DNA of 52,988 nucleotides from Gemmatimonadales bacterium. GTDB lineage: Bacteria > Gemmatimonadota > Gemmatimonadetes > Gemmatimonadales > GWC2-71-9. Below, in pieces: positions 17,130-24,532 of the stretch. Made by a program: the position numbers and the translations under genes. Location of the stretch: positions 1 through 52,988 of the forward strand of contig JBOHSJ010000277.1 in assembly GCA_050733035.1 (NCBI GenBank), given 5' to 3'. Below the pieces are notes generated by a model. The model did no database searches and was not told where the DNA came from. It saw only the letters and a program-made list of their open reading frames with translations. Each line of letters opens with the position of its first letter. Position 1 is the first letter of the stretch.

Positions 17130-18268
17130 ACCTCACGCTGCTCGCGCTGCTCGCGTCTCCGCTTGCCGCGCAGACCGAGCCGGATCCACGCAAGAACTGG
17201 GTCGATCACCTCTATCCGTTCATCTATTACAGCTCGATAGACGGATTCTGGCTCGCCGGGCACTACGACTGGTCGAGCCCGATGGGGTTTGCCGACCGTC
17301 CCGAGCCGAACTTCGGGCGCATCGCGCTCGATGTGGGCGCCAGCACCCAGGGCAGCTACGCGTTCATTTTCGACGGCCAGGCGCCCGCCTATTGGGATGG
17401 TTGGCGGCTCGGTCTGACGCTCAGCCTGACTCGCGCGAATCGCCTCGGCTATTTCGGTCAGGGCAACGGCAGCCACTACGACAGCGACAGCAGTAGCGGG
17501 GTGGGCCGATCCTACTTCTACCGGGTCAGCCGCCGGACCCACGGCGCACGAGTCACGATGCAGCGCCAGGTGGTAGGGCCGCTGCGCGTGCTCGTGGGCG
17601 GCACCTTCGAGCACACCGATTTCCGGGAGCTGCCCGGCGAGACCGTCTACCAACGGGACCGGACTGCCGGCACGATCCGGGCCGAGGACGACCCGTTCAA
17701 CGATGCCGTGGGACGCGTCGGGCTCATCTTCGATACGCGTGACGTGGAAGTCGATCCGCACAACGGCGTGTTCGCGGAAGCGCTCGTCGGGAGCGGGCGC
17801 GGATACACGCGCACGAGCGCGATGTTGCGGGCGTACGTCCATCCGCTCGAGCGGTTGGTCGTCGCCGCGCGCCTCGGCGCCGAGAACATGAGCGGCACAC
17901 CGGCGCTCTCGGCGCTCATGACGATGGAGACGAGTGACGGCCCGGTGGTCGCGCTGGGCGGGTTTCGCTCGCTGCGCGGCTACTACGACGGGCGCTTCGT
18001 CGGGCCCGGTAAGTTTGTTGGGGGAATCGAGGCGCGGTACGGTCTGATCTGGGCGCCGCGCCTGCTCGAGATCAAGCTGTTCGGGTTCTACGATGCCGGC
18101 AGAGTCTTCGGGCCGGGTGAACGCGTGCGTCTCACCCGGCGGGGGCTGCATGCCGCGATGGGTGGCGGCGTGGCCGTCTCGCTGATGCGCAATACGCTGG
18201 TGATCCTGGAAGGCGGGAAAGGCACCGAGGGTGCCCAGGTCACCTTTGCAACGGCCTGGAGCTACTGA
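17114..18268 (+). CDS. outer-membrane beta-barrel protein (Omp85 / surface antigen D15-like barrel, no POTRA seen)
   Basis: Signal peptide (I)RAYLNLTLLALLASPLAAQ. Alternating beta-strand pattern with a terminal aromatic residue (...FATAWSY). The start codon is unresolved: there is no ATG/GTG/TTG between 16868 and the signal peptide, so the candidates are ATT 17114 or CTG 17138. Confidence 0.6.
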   Translation: MRAYLNLTLLALLASPLAAQTEPDPRKNWVDHLYPFIYYSSIDGFWLAGHYDWSSPMGFADRPEPNFGRIALDVGASTQGSYAFIFDGQAPAYWDGWRLGLTLSLTRANRLGYFGQGNGSHYDSDSSSGVGRSYFYRVSRRTHGARVTMQRQVVGPLRVLVGGTFEHTDFRELPGETVYQRDRTAGTIRAEDDPFNDAVGRVGLIFDTRDVEVDPHNGVFAEALVGSGRGYTRTSAMLRAYVHPLERLVVAARLGAENMSGTPALSALMTMETSDGPVVALGGFRSLRGYYDGRFVGPGKFVGGIEARYGLIWAPRLLEIKLFGFYDAGRVFGPGERVRLTRRGLHAAMGGGVAVSLMRNTLVILEGGKGTEGAQVTFATAWSY

Positions 18269-19405
18269 TCAGCGGACTTCTTGGACAATCACGCCGCGCC
18301 GCTGCAACTCATCAACATACGCCTGAAACGGAACCGCTTCGTCGGGCGTGAACACGCCAGCCGACGCGACGCGACCATCCACCTGCATCACGCCGGTAAT
18401 CGCGAGTGAGTAGCCGGTTGTTCGCATCATCGCGCTGATCCCGGTCTTTTCATCGTAGTAGTCGAGCAGCTGCCACGCTACGCGGCTCCCATTCCGTCCC
18501 TGCACTTCGACCCGCAACGCAACGAGGTCGCGGCCGTTCGGTTTGGTGAGCTGGGGCGAGACCGCCGCGATGAACGCGTCGCGCGGCACGATCTCGATGC
18601 CCTTCATCTTCACCGGCTCCAATGACAACAGTCCCATTTCACGGATCGGTCGCATGATCGCGACGTGCCCGGGATAGCGGAGCGTCTTGTACTCCATGGT
18701 CCGCACTTTGCCGCGGTAGGCCCACGGCATCGTCGAGATACCGCCGCCGGTGTGGAACGCCTCGAGTGTTCCCACCGGACTGGGGAACTCGACAGCCTCC
18801 AGCTCGGAGAGCGCATCCACGCGCTCGGGCCGACCCTCGCGCAGCACCCACGACGGCGTCGTGTAGTAGTCGAGCGCGCCCTCGAGCGAATAGACGATCT
18901 GATAATTGAGCGGCGGCTCCGGGTTCTGCGGCAGGCCGCCGACGAAGATCTTCACGCTCTCGGCCTCGCCCACGCGGCGAATGCCTTCGGCGGCGATGAT
19001 GTTGACCATCCCCGGCGCGAGCCCGCAATCCGGAATGGCCGAGACGCCTTTCTGTTTCGCGGCGGCATGCAACGTCTTCTGTTTCTGGACGATTTCGGTG
19101 TTGCCGCCCAGATCGGCGCAATGCAGGCCCATCGCCACGGCGGCTTTCGCCACCGGATAGTTGAAGTAGTAGGGCAGCGCGTTCATGACGGCGTCGTGGC
19201 CGCGCATCAGGTTTCGCAGCCGCGGACCGCTCTTCGCATCGAGGCGCGCCATGACGAGGCGCTTGTCCTTCTTCTTTTTGAGGAAGGGCGCTGCGCGACG
19301 TGGATGCAAGTCGGCCAGTGTGACGCGCTCCACCTCAGGACGCTGGAGCAGATCGTACGCACAGGCACAGCCCTGCAGCCCCGCGCCCAGCACGAGCATG
19401 CGCAT
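18269..19405 (-). CDS. saccharopine dehydrogenase family oxidoreductase (lysine 6-dehydrogenase-like)
   Basis: Starts MRMLVLGAGLQGCACAYDL (Rossmann; residue 129 of ORF 18269-19789). Motifs DCGLAPGM and YKTLRYPGH are typical of the Sacchrp_dh family. Confidence 0.8.
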   Translation of the reverse strand: MRMLVLGAGLQGCACAYDLLQRPEVERVTLADLHPRRAAPFLKKKKDKRLVMARLDAKSGPRLRNLMRGHDAVMNALPYYFNYPVAKAAVAMGLHCADLGGNTEIVQKQKTLHAAAKQKGVSAIPDCGLAPGMVNIIAAEGIRRVGEAESVKIFVGGLPQNPEPPLNYQIVYSLEGALDYYTTPSWVLREGRPERVDALSELEAVEFPSPVGTLEAFHTGGGISTMPWAYRGKVRTMEYKTLRYPGHVAIMRPIREMGLLSLEPVKMKGIEIVPRDAFIAAVSPQLTKPNGRDLVALRVEVQGRNGSRVAWQLLDYYDEKTGISAMMRTTGYSLAITGVMQVDGRVASAGVFTPDEAVPFQAYVDELQRRGVIVQEVR

Positions 19406-19471
19406 TTGCGGCAACGCCTCCGAATGATTGTTGGGAGTTGAAGCGGCGGGAAAGCTAGTAGATTCGCCACC

Positions 19472-20071
19472 GTGACGCACCCCTCGATCCCCCCTGCCGC
19501 CGCTGCCGATCTCACGCGGCAGCGCCTGATTCGGGCGGCACTGGAGCTGTTCACCACGCGCGGCTACCACGACACGACGACGGCGCAGATCGCGAAGAAG
19601 GCGGGGATCGCCGAGGGGACGATTTACCGACATTTCGCGAGCAAACAGCACCTGGTGAACGAGCTGTACCGCGCGGCGCAGCGTTGGGCCGCCACAGTCG
19701 TCCAGGAAGCAACGCGGGACCCCAGTGCGGGCACGGCGCGCGCGCAGCTGACCGCGGTGGCGCACGGCCTGGTGCACGGCGCCGCGCAAGAAACCGCCGT
19801 CGTGAAAATCGGGCTGCTCGAGCCGCTAGCGCCGGTGCTCGACGAGGAAAGCCGTAAGACCCAGCGCGAGTTTCGCGTGACGCTCGAGCGGGTGATCGCC
19901 GAGGGCAAGGCTCAGGGCTCGGTGCGGACTGGTGCGGTCGAGATCTGGGCCGGCGTTTGGCTCGCGACGCTGAGTCACGCCCTGGAGAAAATTGTTACTG
20001 GTGACTGGAAGCCGGGAGACGCGGGAGTGCGGCTGGTTATCGATGCTGCATGGAAGGCCATTGGTGCGTGA
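19472..20071 (+). CDS. TetR family transcriptional regulator
   Basis: N-terminal HTH RLIRAALELFTTRGYHDTTTAQIAKKAGIAEGTIYRHFASKQHL. Divergent from the saccharopine dehydrogenase-like gene. Confidence 0.85.
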   Translation: MTHPSIPPAAAADLTRQRLIRAALELFTTRGYHDTTTAQIAKKAGIAEGTIYRHFASKQHLVNELYRAAQRWAATVVQEATRDPSAGTARAQLTAVAHGLVHGAAQETAVVKIGLLEPLAPVLDEESRKTQREFRVTLERVIAEGKAQGSVRTGAVEIWAGVWLATLSHALEKIVTGDWKPGDAGVRLVIDAAWKAIGA

Positions 20072-20079
20072 ACGAACGA

Positions 20080-21294
20080 TCACGCCCGTCGTAGTTCCAA
20101 CAGCACAATCTCCGGCGGCACGAATACGCGCAGCGGGATCCCGACTACGCCGATGCCCCGGCTCACGTACAGCTGGCTCGACCCCTGCGTGAAGTGCCCC
20201 ATGACGTACTTCGTGATCAGCCGCCCCGGCGACCACCCGATCACGGGCAGGTAGAACTGGCCACCGTGGATGTGGCCGGCGAGTGTCAGCGGAATCGAGC
20301 GAGGGGCGGCGCCGTCGAACGCGCCGGGCCGGTGAGCCAGCAGGATCCGGAACGCATCCTGCGCGGGCGGCGTGAGCCGTAGCGCTTGATCGAGATCCTC
20401 GCCCTGCGGGTCGTCGGCGCGCCAGTTGCGCGGGTCGTCGATGCCGATCAGCGCGAGCGCGGCACCGCCGCGCTCGATCACGTGCACGCCGTTCTTCACG
20501 AACACTTGCCCCGCGTCCCGAACGCCGCGAATGACCGCGTCCTGTCCCGTGTACCGATCGTGATTGCCGAGGACAGTCACCACGCCGAGTGGGGCGCGCA
20601 GGTCGCGGAAGGCGCGCACGTAGTCGGGGATGAACGACTGGGAGATATCGATCATGTCTCCGGTCTGCACGATCAGATCCGCGCCCAGCGCGTTCGTCTC
20701 CGCCACGATCTCCTGCATCTTCTCTTCCGGCATGTGAATGCCGGCGTGCACATCGGAGAGGTGCGCGATGCGCAACCCGTTCAACGGCAGGGGCAGATCG
20801 GGAAACACGAGCGTGCGGCGCGTGACCACGGGCGTACGCTCGGCGCTCCAAATGCCGTACGCTGACAGGCCGAGACCTGCGGCGGCGTAGGTGTAGGTTG
20901 CGCGGGCGAGGAACTGCCTTCGTGTGAGCAGGGAGCTGGGAGCAGGGAGCGGTGGTCGCTGACGAAAGAGTACTGCTCCCAGCTCCCTGCTCCCCCAAAC
21001 CACGAGCTTTCCAATGAGATACACCGTCACGAGACCGCAGAAAATCCAGCCGACCATCTGCCACGCGATCCACGGCGCGATGTAGGGAATGCGGCTGATG
21101 CCCCACAGGCTGCCGGAAAACATCCGCACGCCGACGATGAGCCAGGGGATGTTGAACACGAGGAACACCACGGCGAGCGTGCGGCGAACCACGCGCGCCC
21201 GCTGCGGCCGCGTAGGGTCGGGCAGCCGGTCGCGCAAATACAGATAGAGAAGGAGTTGGGGCGAGGCGAACAGCAACAGGTAGATTAGGGCCAT
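20080..21294 (-). CDS. membrane-anchored metallophosphoesterase (calcineurin-like, YkuE-type)
   Basis: N-terminal TM helices, then a Tat-like TRRQFLARATY. Phosphoesterase motifs HLSDVH, GDMID, LGNHD and GHIHGG. Confidence 0.85.
   Translation of the reverse strand: MALIYLLLFASPQLLLYLYLRDRLPDPTRPQRARVVRRTLAVVFLVFNIPWLIVGVRMFSGSLWGISRIPYIAPWIAWQMVGWIFCGLVTVYLIGKLVVWGSRELGAVLFRQRPPLPAPSSLLTRRQFLARATYTYAAAGLGLSAYGIWSAERTPVVTRRTLVFPDLPLPLNGLRIAHLSDVHAGIHMPEEKMQEIVAETNALGADLIVQTGDMIDISQSFIPDYVRAFRDLRAPLGVVTVLGNHDRYTGQDAVIRGVRDAGQVFVKNGVHVIERGGAALALIGIDDPRNWRADDPQGEDLDQALRLTPPAQDAFRILLAHRPGAFDGAAPRSIPLTLAGHIHGGQFYLPVIGWSPGRLITKYVMGHFTQGSSQLYVSRGIGVVGIPLRVFVPPEIVLLELRRA
20926..20992. repeat. perfect 20-bp inverted repeat (GAGCAGGGAGCTGGGAGCAG ... 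CTGCTCCCAGCTCCCTGCTC) with 27-nt spacer, inside the metallophosphoesterase CDS
   Basis: Read directly: arm 20926-20945 is the exact reverse complement of arm 20973-20992. The left arm also contains the direct repeat GAGCAGGGAGC twice. It encodes the linker GSRELGAVLFRQRPPLPAPSSLL. Confidence 0.9.
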
Positions 21295-22627
21295 GTCTTC
21301 CCGTACGCCGTGGTTATTACCATGGTTCCCGGTACTGCTGCTCGCGCCGCTCGCGGCGCAGCGGACGACTCCCGTCGATCGACAGCTCGTTGCCGCAGGC
21401 GTGTGGGCGGAAGCACGCTACAACTATGCCTACTGGGACGCCGTGCGCGCGAACTGGGACTCCGCGTTCGCGGCGACCGTCACCTACGCCGGTGAACGGC
21501 CCGCCCCTACCGATCTCCAGTTCTGCCGGCGGCTGCGGCGCTGGGGCGCGCTGCTGAACGATGGTCAATTCGAGATCCTGCCTCCAGTACCGATAGCGAG
21601 CCGGATCGCCCGGCCGCCGCTGGCGCTGCAGAGCATCGAGCGGCGGCCGTTCATCATGGACTACGCCAGCAACGACGAGATGCGCGTCGCCCGCCCCGAA
21701 CGCCTCGCCGAGATTCTGGCCGTCCAAGGGAGTCCCGCGGCGGAATGGATTCGCGACTCCGTCCTGCCTGAAGTCTCCGGTGGCACGGAGCTCAGCCGCT
21801 GGGAGCGCGCCGTCGTGCGGATGCTGGAAGGTGAGCGCGGCACGGCGTTGCATCTGCTGCTGCGCCTGCCGGGCGGCGAAGAGCGTGGCGCGAGCGTCAC
21901 ACGCAGTGTGCCCCTCACGGCGCGCTGGCCGCTGGAGAATCCCGCCCTCGCGGCCGATACGCTGCCTGACGGATCGATCTGGATTCGCGTGAACTCGTTC
22001 GCCGATCCGGGGGTGCTCACCATGTTCGATCGCGCGCTGGGCAACGCGCCTCGGGAAGGTCCGCGACATCGCGGCCTGATTCTCGATCTGCGCGAGACGG
22101 TGTGGACGGCGAGCGGCCGTGAACAGGGCTATGCGATGCTCTCCCGCCTGATCGAGCGCCCGTTGCTCACGTCGCGGTGGCGGACGCCGCAATTTCGGCC
22201 CGCCTATCGCGGCAGCGACCTACCGGATTCCGCCGGCGCGTGGCTGCGCGCGCCCTCCGATACCATCTGGCCGCTGCCGCGGCGCGAGGGCATCGCCTAC
22301 ACAGGACCGGTGGCGGTGCTCGCCTCGGCACGGACCGCGGGTCCGGCGGAGGACTTCCTGGTCGCGTTTCGCGCCGGCAACCGGGGTCCCGTCATCGGCG
22401 AACCGTCCGGCGGGAGCACGGGGCAGACGACGGTCCTTCCGCTCCCCAGCGGCTGGCAGATCCGCCTAACCGTGACACGGGACGCGTTTCCCGACGGCCG
22501 CGAGTTCATGCGCACGGGTATCGTCCCCGATCTCGCGGTGGAGGTACGGGTCGCTGATGTGCTGGCTGGTGGAGACGCGGCGCTGGACCGGGCGCGCGCC
22601 TACCTAACGGAGATCGCCCGCCGCTAG
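21293..22627 (+). CDS. S41-family (tail-specific / tricorn-core-like) peptidase homologue, secreted
   Basis: Signal peptide MSSRTPWLLPWFPVLLLAPLAAQ. Motifs GLILDLRET and PVAVLASARTAGPAEDF resemble the S41 core, but I did not confirm the catalytic Ser. Confidence 0.6.
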   Translation: MSSRTPWLLPWFPVLLLAPLAAQRTTPVDRQLVAAGVWAEARYNYAYWDAVRANWDSAFAATVTYAGERPAPTDLQFCRRLRRWGALLNDGQFEILPPVPIASRIARPPLALQSIERRPFIMDYASNDEMRVARPERLAEILAVQGSPAAEWIRDSVLPEVSGGTELSRWERAVVRMLEGERGTALHLLLRLPGGEERGASVTRSVPLTARWPLENPALAADTLPDGSIWIRVNSFADPGVLTMFDRALGNAPREGPRHRGLILDLRETVWTASGREQGYAMLSRLIERPLLTSRWRTPQFRPAYRGSDLPDSAGAWLRAPSDTIWPLPRREGIAYTGPVAVLASARTAGPAEDFLVAFRAGNRGPVIGEPSGGSTGQTTVLPLPSGWQIRLTVTRDAFPDGREFMRTGIVPDLAVEVRVADVLAGGDAALDRARAYLTEIARR

Positions 22628-22628
22628 C

Positions 22629-22652
22629 AGGGGCGCAGCATGCTGCGCCCCT
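22629..22652. repeat. REP-like perfect palindrome AGGGGCGCAGCATGCTGCGCCCCT (copy 1), probable bidirectional terminator stem
   Basis: 24-nt perfect palindrome filling most of the 35-nt gap between convergent stops (22627 plus strand, 22663 minus strand). No U-tract. A second copy lies at 13037-13062. Confidence 0.65.
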
Positions 22653-22662
22653 CCCCCGCGTT

Positions 22663-23454
22663 CTAACTCTTCAACTGTGCCCGGAAGAACGTGATGATGG
22701 TCTGCCACGCGCTGTCGGCAACTTCCGGCTTCTCCCGAGTCCGGAAGAAGCCGTGCCCGACCCCCGGATAGATCGTGTACGGGTAGTCCTTGCCGGCCGC
22801 GCGCATCGCCGCGGCGGCATCGTTCAATCCGGCGTTGATGCGCGCGTCGTTCTCCGCATACACACCCAGGCCCTTGGCGCGAATCTTCGGCATGTCGGCC
22901 GCATTGGGACTCGGCCCGTAGCAGACGACGAAGGCCTTGAGCTCCGGCGTATGCGTCGCGTAGCGGAAGCTCTGGCCGCCTCCCCAACAGAAGCCGATCA
23001 CGCCGATCTCGTTCGCGCGGACGGAGCGAAGCGTATTCAGGTAGCGGCGGGTCGCATCGAGGTCCTGGGTCACGGTATCGGCGTTCAAGGTCGCGATCAG
23101 TTTGCGAGCCGAGTCGGGCGTCGCGGGCGTCCCGCCACGACGCGACAGCAGATCGGGCGCGATCGCGACGAAGCCATCCTTTGCAAGCTGCTCGGTCGTT
23201 TGCCGGATGAAATCGGACGTCCCGAAAATCTCGTGGATGACGATTACCGCCGGGGCGGGCTGGGGCCGCTCCGGGTAGGCGAGGTACGCGGTCACCGTAT
23301 CCTTGCCGGAGAGGAACTTGACGTATTCGGAGTGAATGTCGACGGGCTGATGGGCTGATGGGCTGATGGGCAGGAAAGCCACCGCTCCCACGAGCGCCAC
23401 GCCAAACAGCCCGACAGCCCATCCGCCCATCCGCCCATCGTTCTTACCGGCCAT
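22663..23454 (-). CDS. dienelactone hydrolase family protein (alpha/beta hydrolase), N-terminal signal/anchor
   Basis: Motifs VIVIHEIFG, nucleophile elbow GFCWGGG and YPGVGHGF. Hydrophobic N-terminus GGWAVGLFGVALVGAVAFL. Confidence 0.8.
   Translation of the reverse strand: MAGKNDGRMGGWAVGLFGVALVGAVAFLPISPSAHQPVDIHSEYVKFLSGKDTVTAYLAYPERPQPAPAVIVIHEIFGTSDFIRQTTEQLAKDGFVAIAPDLLSRRGGTPATPDSARKLIATLNADTVTQDLDATRRYLNTLRSVRANEIGVIGFCWGGGQSFRYATHTPELKAFVVCYGPSPNAADMPKIRAKGLGVYAENDARINAGLNDAAAAMRAAGKDYPYTIYPGVGHGFFRTREKPEVADSAWQTIITFFRAQLKS
23344..23371 (+). repeat. tandem octamer array (GGGCTGAT)x3 + GGGC, a G3N5 G-quadruplex-type motif on the plus strand
   Basis: Read directly. Lies in codons ~29-37 of the DLH gene (encodes PISPSAHQ). 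Inverted partner at 23409-23440. Confidence 0.9.
23409..23440 (-). repeat. tandem octamer array, minus-strand reading CGATGGGC GGATGGGC GGATGGGC TGTCGGGC
   Basis: Read directly. Lies in codons ~5-15 of the DLH gene (encodes DGRMGGWAVG). In the best register 21/24 positions are complementary to the 23348-23371 array. G3N5 motif on the mRNA-sense strand. Confidence 0.9.
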
Positions 23455-24532
23455 AGCTCACCCTCCAGATTTTTCCGCCCGTGTCGTCACTGACCAGCAA
23501 GGAACCATCCGGCAGCACGAGCAGCCCCACCGGCCGCCCCCAGCGTGAGCCGTCCGGACGCTGCCACCCAACGATGAAATCATCGACGCCGGTCGCGCGG
23601 CGGCCGCTGCTGTCCACCCGCACCCGCACCACCTTCGCTCCCGTCGGCACCGAGCGATTCCACGAGCCGTGGAGCGTCATGAAGGCGTCGCCGCGATAGT
23701 CGCGCGGAAACTGCGTGCCTGTATAAAACGCGAGACCGAGCGGCGCGGAATGCGCCTGCACGGTGATCACCGGCGGCTCGACTTGCGAACAGTCCGCCGA
23801 GCTGTACTCCGGATTGGGCTTGCCCGGCAGATAGCACTGCGGCCAGCCGTAATTGCGCCCGTCCTTGATGATGTTGACGTGCTCGGGCGGAACGTCGTCG
23901 CCGAGGTTGTCGCGGTCGTTGTTGTTGCCCCACAGCTCGCCGGTCGTCGGGCTGAATGCCATGCCGACAGTGTTCCGCAGGCCCTTGGCGAAAATGCGCC
24001 CGCCGGATCCGTCCACGTTGAACTGCACGACCGCGGCCCGCATCGAGTCCCGCTCATCGCAAAGATTGCAGGACGATCCAACGCTCACGTACATCTTCCC
24101 GTCGGGACCGAAGAGCAACGTGCGGGTCGAATGTCCGGTGCCGCCTGGAAGCCGCGGCACGACAGTGACCGGCGCTCCACCACTGGAGCTCAGCCGCACC
24201 ACAGCGCGCTCTTCGGCGACGTACAACGTGTCGCCGCGGAATGCCAACCCGAACGGCCCATGCAGGCCGCTCGCGATCGTCGTCACGGTGTCGGCCACAC
24301 CGTCGGTGTTGCGGTCGGTGAGCTTCACGACCACGCCCGAGGCGGGCTGGGAAGCGTACACCGCGTTGCCCGGCCCGAGGACGAGGTAGCGCACGCCTGG
24401 CACGTGCTCGGCGAAGACCGAGACCTTGAATCCGTCAGGCACGCGGAGAGTTTGATCACCCGACTGGCCAGCCGCGGGCGCGGGGCGCTTGCAGGCGATA
24501 AAGATCAAGACGGCGCTAAGTGCGGCTCGCAT
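23444..24532 (-). CDS. PQQ-dependent sugar (glucose/sorbosone) dehydrogenase family lipoprotein, beta-propeller
   Basis: Starts MRAALSAVLIFIACKRP (lipobox-like; residue 26 of ORF 23444-24607). Motifs GLRNTVGMAF, NNNDRDNLGDDVPPEHVN and NYGWPQCY. Confidence 0.75.
   Translation of the reverse strand: MRAALSAVLIFIACKRPAPAAGQSGDQTLRVPDGFKVSVFAEHVPGVRYLVLGPGNAVYASQPASGVVVKLTDRNTDGVADTVTTIASGLHGPFGLAFRGDTLYVAEERAVVRLSSSGGAPVTVVPRLPGGTGHSTRTLLFGPDGKMYVSVGSSCNLCDERDSMRAAVVQFNVDGSGGRIFAKGLRNTVGMAFSPTTGELWGNNNDRDNLGDDVPPEHVNIIKDGRNYGWPQCYLPGKPNPEYSSADCSQVEPPVITVQAHSAPLGLAFYTGTQFPRDYRGDAFMTLHGSWNRSVPTGAKVVRVRVDSSGRRATGVDDFIVGWQRPDGSRWGRPVGLLVLPDGSLLVSDDTGGKIWRVSYGR

Noticed and set aside
19406-19471. 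Searched the TetR / saccharopine-dehydrogenase divergent intergenic region for a palindromic operator
   Set aside because: Only weak, short symmetric elements (CAAC...GTTG) are present. Nothing is convincing enough to annotate.
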